From positions 120,530,001 through 120,590,000 of the forward strand of contig NC_087437.1 in assembly GCF_036321535.1 (NCBI RefSeq): a stretch of 60,000 nucleotides of DNA, written 5' to 3'. Positions 51,626-60,000 of this stretch are shown here, in pieces. A program made the position numbers and the translations under genes. How positions within the stretch are numbered: the first letter of the stretch is position 1; each line of letters starts with the position of its first letter. The stretch comes from Camelus dromedarius (lineage: Eukaryota). The notes beneath the pieces were generated by a model. The model worked only from the letters and a program-made list of their open reading frames with translations, searched no databases and was not told where the DNA came from.

Positions 51626-52892
51626 CCGGTGCTCAGGGCCTCCTTTACTTTGGGGAAGAAACCCACGTGAGGCTTTCGGACCAGCAGGGACCCCCACCGT
51701 GGTTACTGGTCACCAGGCTCACATGTTCATTTACCGGTTCCTGGAGCAGCTGGGGTCTAGAGCAAGTATCACTGTCTGATGTGCTTTAAGAGCTGGTAGC
51801 AAGTGTGTTTTATTGCTTCCCAGTCGTCGTCAGCTCTGCTAAAGGTCCTCTTCCCAGGAGGGTAAGCAGGAGCCCTGGAGCTGGTTAACTACCGGGGCTG
51901 GGGAGCCCCACCCCTGTGTGTCACGTGGACAGACCGGAGCCTGATAACCAGAGGTGACCAGGGGTTCCGGGCTCTCCGCCGTGGGTCGCGTGGGTTAAAC
52001 CGCGTCCTCCTCAGCCTGTCTTGCGGAGAAAGGTCCAGAACAACAGCCTTAAGCTCTCAAAGCGCTTAGGTCAGCCCAGTGTTCCGTGTTTGCTCATCAA
52101 ACCCCTGTGGCTCCAAAGCTCCCCGTTGCAGCTGGGGCCAGTCGGAGCCGGGTAGCTACGGATGCCCTAATCAAAGCGGGAGCAGCTCCGGCCTGAGTCT
52201 AAAGGCCGACGGGGAGGGCTCTCGTTCAGGGGTGGTGGGGGGAGGCGAGGAGGGGCCGTGTGCACCAGACCTTCCTGCAGGGGAGGGGCCAGCCAGGGCA
52301 GTTTGGGACCCGTCCCTCCAGTGGTGGGATGGAGGGTGGGTCTGGGGACAGCCCCCTCAGCAGCCCCTGATTGGGACGCCTTCTGCCACTGCCTGGGGTG
52401 GATCTGACCTTTTACCTCCTGCCTTACAAACAGCCATGTGGTCACTAGGGCCTGGCACAAGGTAGGGGGCGGGGGTGCTGACTCCAGGCCGGCCGTGTTG
52501 GGGCCTGGACTGTGGTGGCAGCGGATAAAGGAGAGGCCCCTCCTGTGCTGTGCTCCCAGCAGGAGGAAGGGAAGGCCAGGTGTGATCCAGCCCCAGCCAT
52601 GGCAGTGGCCCCCATCCCATCTGAGGCCTCCAGGTCCTCACCTGCCATCTCCCAGTGAGCTTCCCGGCTGACCCTGCAGTGGGGCCCCTGTCTTGTCAGT
52701 TGGGCGAATTTACATCCCACACCGGGTTTGGCTGGAAGGAAGCGTATCAGGTGGTGCCTTATCTGTTTCCCTCCGCCAGCAGCTGTTCCTGCGAGGTTTG
52801 AGACCCCTCCCCGGCCCCGGGCCCAGGCCCAGTCTCCGAACGCGCTGGGGCTTTACCTGGCACCATCCCTTACTAAGCTGCGGCTTTGCTTT

Positions 52893-52922
52893 GAGCCGGT
52901 TTGCTTCGAGCCGGTTTGCTTC
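52893..52922. repeat. 15-bp tandem duplication
   Basis: (GAGCCGGTTTGCTTC)2. Confidence 0.9.
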
Positions 52923-53525
52923 CATCAGCCAGACGTGTGCCCTCTGACTTGGCTGTGCACGCCTGTGTCTGCAGCGCTGGCGGTTTAGGGGTGTGTGTGT
53001 GCAGACAGGTCTGTCCCTCTTCCTCCGTCCGTCTGTCCTGCCTGCCTACCTGTTAGTCACTTACGTCCCTGTACCTGCCCTCCCTCTTTTACCTCCTACC
53101 TACCGTCTGTCACCCGCTGTCTTCTCTCCCCCCACCGCTCCTTCACCTTAGAGACGAGGTGACTGAGGAAGAACCAGGGAAGTTCTGTCTGCAGAGTCAC
53201 CCAGCCCCCAGGGGTGTCACCCCCCGGACTGCCTTTTCCCTGACTGTCATCCCCATGATGGCATCCTCCAAGGACTTGCCCCGTTCGCACCGCGCCCTTC
53301 AGCCTTGCCGTGGGTGAGGGGCAGGTGGAGGTCCAAGGAGGGCAGCCCCACCCTCCTCTCCAGCCCTGCCCCCTGGGGTGTTGCCCCCCCTTGCCCCCCC
53401 ACTCCCTTGTCCCTCAGGTCTGGCACCCACCACAGGGAGCAGGCGCAGTCCCACCATCTGCCTCTGGGAGGCGCCCCCGGCCCTTGAGTGGGCACCTCCT
53501 GTCCCCCAGCAGGTCTGGGTGCTGT

Positions 53526-53557
53526 CCCAGCTGCCCCAGCTGCCCCAGCTGCCCCAG
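53526..53557. repeat. 9-bp tandem repeat
   Basis: (CCCAGCTGC)3 CCCAG. Confidence 0.9.
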
Positions 53558-54949
53558 TGCCGAAGCCCCGTCTTGTGCTTTTCCTCAAGTGGAGCCTCGA
53601 AGGTGCCTCTTGGGGACTGGCTCTCCCGGTTTGCACTGGTCCCTGTGCCCAAGCAGGTGACCCGAGTCTGCGGGGGGGTGCTACATGAATATTCACCTGG
53701 CCCGGCCAGTGCAGCCCAGCAGCCCCCTCATCCTTGAGATCCAGGCTGGATACGGGCGCTGGGGTCCTCAGAGCAGCTCAGTTGTCAGGCGCCCGGTCTG
53801 CAGGTGAGGCCCAGGTGGGGGTCCTTCCCAAGGAGTCCCAGGGCCCCAGGGCCCCGCCTGCAGGGTCTGCTTGGGGAGGCCGCCGTGCTCCATCCTTGTC
53901 CTGGGGCCTCCAAGCTCCACTTCCAACTGCTGGATAAATGGGACCCCAGAAAGGACCTGTGTACCTGTCCTTAGGTGATGAGATCCCGGCCCCAGCTGAG
54001 CTGCCTCAGGGCCCTCTGGGCCGGCACTGCTGGGCTGGGTGCCTGCGTGCCCACGGGGAGCTGGTGACCGCACATGCTTTGCAAACAGGCCTGGAAAAAT
54101 CTGTGGGAACTCCAGCCCCAGGCCTTCAGCCCTGCCCTCCTTATAGAAGCCTCTAGATATCTCGGGTGGGGGTGGAACGATGGAGCACTTGAGGACGAGG
54201 CAAAGGGGAAGCAGGCGTAGCCTCCAGGGCTGGTCAGGGAGCCCGGGTTTGGGGGCGGGGTGCTGGGTGAGGACCCTCGTGCTCAGGCGTCTCTGCTCTT
54301 CTGCCTGCGGTGGGGGCAGACCGCATGGCGTCCTGGCCAAGCCCTGGGTCCTGGTCCCTCCTCAGGAGAGTCCCTGCCTGCTCTGGGCCTCAGTGTCCTC
54401 TGTACACGGGGTGGGGCCAGCGATCTCGGGAGGCTCCGCGGAAGTCCCTGATGCAGGGACCTCGGCCTGCTCCTGAGGCAGCACCACGTGTCTGGACACC
54501 TAGGAGCGTGGGGTCCCGGGGGAAGGATGCTGGGAACCAGCCTCACCTCTGGCCACGTCCCAGGGGGCAGTTCAACCTGGTTTAGGATCTGCCAGCGAGT
54601 TGCAACAGCTGCTGCAGTCAGAGGATGGGAGGGGGGCATTGCCCGTGCCCTGCACTCCAGGAGGTTCTGGTGGCCCCAGGGAAGCACCTGCCCCTGCCCA
54701 CCCCGGGCCGGGCCACACGTGGGGGCCTGCACCCCTCTGGCACCCCAGTCACCGTTTCCTCTCCGTCTGACTTGGAATCTGAGCTGTGTAATTTCCAGTT
54801 ATGACATTCGGTATCTGTGGGGGCCGTGCTGCCTCGCTGGACCCCACACCTTCGGGGTCCTGTGGGCCTCTCTGCAGCCACCCCACCTTGTTTCCTGCCC
54901 CCTTCCCCTCGCTCCTTCCCTCCTGCATGTTTACTCAGACCTGCACAAG

Positions 54950-55375
54950 ATACCTGTGCTGCGTCACAGTTCACTGCAAACTTGGGGGCTGGAAGCAGAG
55001 GCTCTGTAGGTCAGGGCGTGGGTGGCAGGGCCCTGGCTCAGGGTCTCACAGGCTGAGATCAGGTGTCGCAGGGCTGCCGTCACATGGGACGCTCGGGTCC
55101 CCCTCCTGGCTCACTGCTCGTTGGCAGAATTCAGTTCTTCGCACCTAAGTTTGAGGCCATTTCCTTTGTAGCTGTCAGCGGAGTGGCTCCGAGCTCTGAG
55201 ACGCTGCCTGCAGCTCCTGCCACGTGCTTGAAGCCAGCAGGAGAAATTCTCACACTTCGAATCCCTCTGACTTCTGATTAGGCCAGGCCCACCCACACTG
55301 GGACAGGGGATCCCGCAGGGTGTGCACCCCCGGGGGTGGGCCTCCTGGGGCCACCTGGGAACCCACCCGCCACAG
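54950..55375 (-). mobile_element. MaLR LTR (MLT1E-like)
   Basis: gctcagggtctcacaggctgagatcaggtgtc..gggctg...ttggcagaattcagttc...ttcgaatccctctgacttc. Confidence 0.7.
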
Positions 55376-58300
55376 GCCCTGTGTCCGTTCCGGTCCCTCT
55401 CTCTCCTGGGTCTTGCCTGCAGAGCTTGACCCAGAGCCAGAAGGTTGAGGGGCTCTTTCCCTCTCCAGCCCCTGGAAAATTCCTTGCCCTGGGAGTTTTG
55501 CCAGAGAGTGAAAGGAATAGAAAACCCTGGAATGTTGGGGGGCTGAGGGTCCACTAAGCCAGAAAGGAGCCCGAGCTCACCTGGCCCGGCTGTGCTGCAG
55601 ATTTCCCGACCCGAGTTCCGGGGGATGAGGGCGGGATGGGGTAGGTGCTCCCGGTCTCCCCGCCAGCCCACCTGGGCCCACGGCCCAGCTGCCCCCACCT
55701 CACAGTCAGCGCCTCCCTGTTGATCCTCCCCCTGCCCTCCCCCTGCCCCCTGGGTCTGCCCTGCCTGAGGCCCCCAAGGCGCCTGGGCCTGGCAGGGAGC
55801 AGGGGAAGCTGGTGACGACTCAGGACAAGTGGTGTGGGGCCTGCCTGCCGCTTGGCGCCACGGTGGCTGGCAGCCCTGTCCGCTGGCGTGGGCCCACGTC
55901 ACCCTGAGGGCCAGCACCGTGGGCAGGTGCACAGCGCGTCCTGCCCTCTCCATAATGCGGGGCCTCTTGGGCTGGGTCCTTTCCCATCTCTGACTCAAGC
56001 CAGCTGCCCTGGGAGTGGGTCCCTCCTTCCCGTCAGGGGGCCAGGCCACTGCCGGGGCTGGTGGAACAGCCCTGATCCCGGTTCTGAGTCTGAGCTCCTT
56101 GGCCCGGCCTGTGGCAGGGACGGTCCTGCTCCCTGAGCCCCTCGGTCACCCCCGCCCCGATGTTCCTGAATCCCTGGAGTGTCGAGGGCTTCCTCGGGCA
56201 CCCCATTCGCTTCATGGTGCTCGAGTGTCCTGGGCCTTGCCCTGGGGGTGTCCCCCCGGGGAAGGGGTTGGGGGCTGTCTGGTCAGTGCCCATCCTGGCA
56301 GCTGAGAGCAGAATGTCCCACTATCACCCAAAGGCTCCGGGCCACCTGCACACGGAGAGGCCGAGCCCCGCAGCCCCCTGTCCTCGGCCACCGCCCGGAG
56401 CAGGCTCCCTACCTTCCAGGCCAGGCCCCCTCTTCTGAACCTGACTCCCCCAGCTCCCTCACCGAGTTTATGACTCTTCTCTCTGTCCTGACCTGTGCCC
56501 CTTTTCTGGTCCCCTGGGACCGCAGCCTGCACTCAGCTAGTCGCCCAGAGTCGGGTGCCTGAGGCTGCTGCTCTGAGAATTCCTTCACGCACTCGAACTG
56601 CTGTTAAGATGCCGTCTTAACACGCAAACTCAGGTCACCTCTCCAGGGCAAGAGGAGCTCACTGACCCCGAGCCGCGGCCCACCAGGTCTGAGAGTTGTG
56701 AATCAGAGATGTCCTGACTCCCAGAAACTGAGATTAAGAAACGTCACAGAAAGGTCACAGGACGGTGATTCAGCCCAGCTTCTGCGATCCTCCCCGCACA
56801 GCCTCCCCCGCAGCCCAGAGCCCAGGGCGGGGCGGACCTGAGGTCCGTCCCCACTCCTGAGCTTGGTGCCCCGAACAAACCCTCGCTTTGCTGCAGACCT
56901 CCGCCGGCAGAGCACGGCTCTCTGCCCGCCGGGCACGTGGCTGTGATACACTTCTGTCCACAGCGTGGTTCCCGGGGAAGCGGGCCCCCAGGTCAGCCCA
57001 GCCTGCTCTGACTTTCCCACGGCCCCGTCCCTTGGCAGATTCACCAGGAACCCCGTCCAAGCCCGCGCCTGTCTCCAGGCCCCCCTCCCAGGAGGAGTGG
57101 CCTCGGCTGCTGCCAGGCTGGAGGCGGCCGGGCCTTGGGCTTTTGGCATCACAGCCTGTCTGTCCTTTTGATAACCAAGTACATTCTGCAGTGATAAGAA
57201 TTGAAGATGTGCTTGAATTTCAAAAATGGGGTCATTTTGTTTTGGGGTGCTTTAACTGCAGAGCCCAGACTCAAACTGACTTAAATAGGAGAGGGGGCCA
57301 CGACCTTGCCGGGGAATCCTGGATCCCTTTTCCTCCTCAGCCCTGACTGGCTGGTGTCCCCTGACTGAGTGTCTGACCCTGGGGCTCCCGTGCCCTTGAT
57401 CACCTGCCCTCGGAGCGTTGCGTGTTCGCAGCCCAAGTCCTGCGGCGCCCTCTGGACGGGCTGGGCCACCCGCCTGGACCCACCCGTTGGTCAGAGGAGG
57501 ATGCCACACCCTGGTGCCTGCATCACACTTCACATCCCCCCGTAGGACACGAGGGACCACAGCGTAGTGATGGAGGCGGTGGGCAGTTGACGTGCAGAAC
57601 ACTTGCCCCGTCTCCCCTGGGCTTCCCGAGCAGGAAGCCTGTCTCTGTTTTCTTAGGGTAAGAACCCTGGACGGAGTGGAGAAATGTGGTGACATAGGGA
57701 GCGGTTGCTCTCAAGCCGCAGTGCATTGATGGCCGAGTGCGGCCGGGCTGCCCTGGCTCTCCCGACGCCCTTCGGGCCAGGCCTCACGTGGGTTTTCTGC
57801 CTCGACGGCTCCCCTCCCTGCACAGGCGGCTGTGTCTGTCACTGTTCACAGGGTGAGCACTTTGTCTTCATGGCTGGAGGCCCCTGAGAGGCCTGGTGAG
57901 GTTGTATTATTTTGTTGCTGTTTTTTCTTTTGAGAGAATTCCTTTCTAGCAAGTCACGGTGAAACGCACACTTTTCTCTCCAGATGAGAGCAACGTCCTC
58001 ACCTCCCTCAGAGCAGTGACCTCGTGGGAGTCCGGAAGGTTCTGGAAGGAGGCGGTGAACTGATGCCTCCTGCTGGACAGCGGCATTGGGCCAGGATGGG
58101 CCCCTGTGGCTGCGTGGGCAGGAGGCGAGTTGGCTGGCGCCGGTGCCCAGGTTTCTCAGTGCCGTGAAAGGCTCCTGTTTTCTGTGTGAACTTGGGCTAA
58201 AAGCACACACAGCCCAGGGTGGGTGTGGACCCAAAGTTTGCCTGCAGTGGGTCGGGGAGGGTCATTAATGGGGTGGCTCTGGGAAGCAGAGCCTGAGACA

Positions 58301-60000
58301 GGGGTTCTGGTCTAAGTGACTGCGCGGCTCCCAGGAGGAGGGAGGTTAGGCAGGACCGGCGGGAGGACTTGGCCGGGGACCTGCTCCCACCTGATCCCAC
58401 GGGAGCCATGTTTTCATCTCTGCAAAGCTCAGCATTTTATTTCCAAACACTGGTCGGTGTTTATGTGCATTGGGCAGCAGGAGGGGCGGGTCTCCCCACA
58501 CTCCAAAGGTCCCAGAGCAGAGAGAGCATGAGATGCAATGGCGCCAGAAATTCTCTTTGTGTCAAAGCCACGCTAGGAAGGAGGAGGAAGAGGTGGGACG
58601 GCTCAGCCTGCCAGCCCTGCCCACCCTGCCCTCCACCCCAGCCACCACTTCTGTCGCACTGCACCCAGGTCATGCTAATTTGCGGGTCAAGCCCAGCGTG
58701 GAAACCCTGACCCCCAGTGTAGCAGCAGCGTCCGTCTCCTCTTAGGGTGCTTGGTGGCTGGTGGCCTGGCTCTTGGTGGCCCTCGGTGGGAGGTAGTGGA
58801 GAAGCACCTGCCAGGTGCTTCTGCGGAGAAAAGGTCAGACGTAAGCTCTCAGGGTGCTGCTGTGCAGAAGCACGTCTGTGGGCTTTGGAGAAGCTGGGGA
58901 CCAGTCCAGACCTCCCAGACCTCCCTTCCGCCCAAGGGCCGTTGAGCGATGGTGAGGGCGAGCTTCTCCTTAGAGAAAAGATAGGCAAAGAAGGGAGGGT
59001 AGAATCAGGCACCATCGGGCAGCCGCTCATGAATTAAGGGATGCAGGTGACGGGAACAGTTGCGGGTGACGTCCCAGGAAAGGAGAACCAGCCATCCATG
59101 CCTCTGTGGGAGACCCCCCGCTGCCTGTGAGCCTGCAGAGCCAATGCCGTTACAGAAACGCGTCCTGCAGTCTAGGGGAAGCTCCACAGGACAGCAAGCC
59201 GGTTTCTCAACAGAAACTTTGTAAGAAAAGAAGACGTTGGCAGTGGGGGTGACCTACAGAAACAGAATCAAGACACTAACTGGTCTCCATCTGAAGACCG
59301 TGTTTGTTATCCCAGTAAACAGACTAGAGAAACGCGGCCTTGGCCGGAGCATTAGGGGAAGTGTGAGGACCTTGCTGGTTTAAGGAGCCACTGCTGGTTT
59401 TGGGGTGTGTAGAGGATGTTTCTAAGGGGGCGTCCAGACACCCGATTCTGAGCCCGGACGCCACCAGACCCTGCAGAACTTGGGTGGGAGCGAGGGCTGG
59501 GTGCCCTGCGCAGCCGTGTCCCCGGCCTCCCGGCCGTGCTGGGGCAGGTTGGAGGGCGCCTTCCTTGAAGGATGTGCGCGCCCGCAGGTGGGCAACGTTG
59601 GGCAGGACCCCCGGTTTCCTCGCCAGCCAGCTTCCTGCTGGCTCTGCCCACAGGCACCGCCAGAGGGCCCGCCTCCTCCGTTTCCACCAGCATTTGCGGG
59701 CTCAGGGGTGCCAGCTGGCTGTGCCTCGTGGGTCACACAGCCACTTAGAGATGCCAGTAGATGGGCAGGTCCTTGGGGAAGCCGACGGGGGTGGGAATCG
59801 GGTGAGGGGTGGCAGGTGGGGGACAGCAAGCTGCCCTATGCCACATTCAGAGCCATCGGAGTGTGCTCAAGTCTTCAGTCCTATAAACCAGAGGCAGAAA
59901 ACCATGTGAAAGCAGGTGATCATGAGGGGAGCCCCCTGGGTCAGGCAGTGGCATCGTACGGCCCCCCAGGGGCCCCCTTGTGCCCCTCCCAATCACACAG

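Noticed and set aside
55111..56049. 312-aa minus-strand ORF, the longest in the track
   Set aside because: Low-complexity G/P/A/R composition, no recognisable domain, overlaps an MLT1 LTR; long open frames are expected at this GC content.
51000..60000. Possible additional gene or lncRNA downstream of RRP1
   Set aside because: No exon chain with recognisable protein similarity and no clear CpG-island promoter; a lncRNA cannot be supported from sequence alone.

Overview
GC-rich mammalian genomic DNA with the conserved gene order PDXK(+), CSTB(-), RRP1(+), as at human 21q22.3. The tRNA-derived SINE copies resemble camelid Vic-1, so the source is probably a camelid (inference). The window holds PDXK coding exons 2-11 (exon 1 lies upstream of the window), a complete 3-exon cystatin B gene (98 aa) and a complete 13-exon RRP1 gene (424 aa as read). 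All introns are GT-AG and the exon phases join. CSTB and RRP1 are divergent, with CpG-island promoters about 11.6 kb apart; the gap is packed with ERV LTRs, L1 pieces and DNA transposon fragments. The other entries in the ORF track are GC-rich noise or incidental overlaps with real exons or repeats. I found no convincing new multi-gene system. The best second-look items are a probable U6/L1 chimeric retropseudogene, an apparent frameshift in the last RRP1 exon relative to the human protein, three CRE elements phased exactly 40 bp apart in the RRP1 promoter, a CLEAR palindrome and a dodecamer-like direct repeat in the CSTB promoter, and a duplicated stem-loop in the probable PDXK 3' UTR. Repeat family names and comparisons to human proteins come from memory, not from a search.
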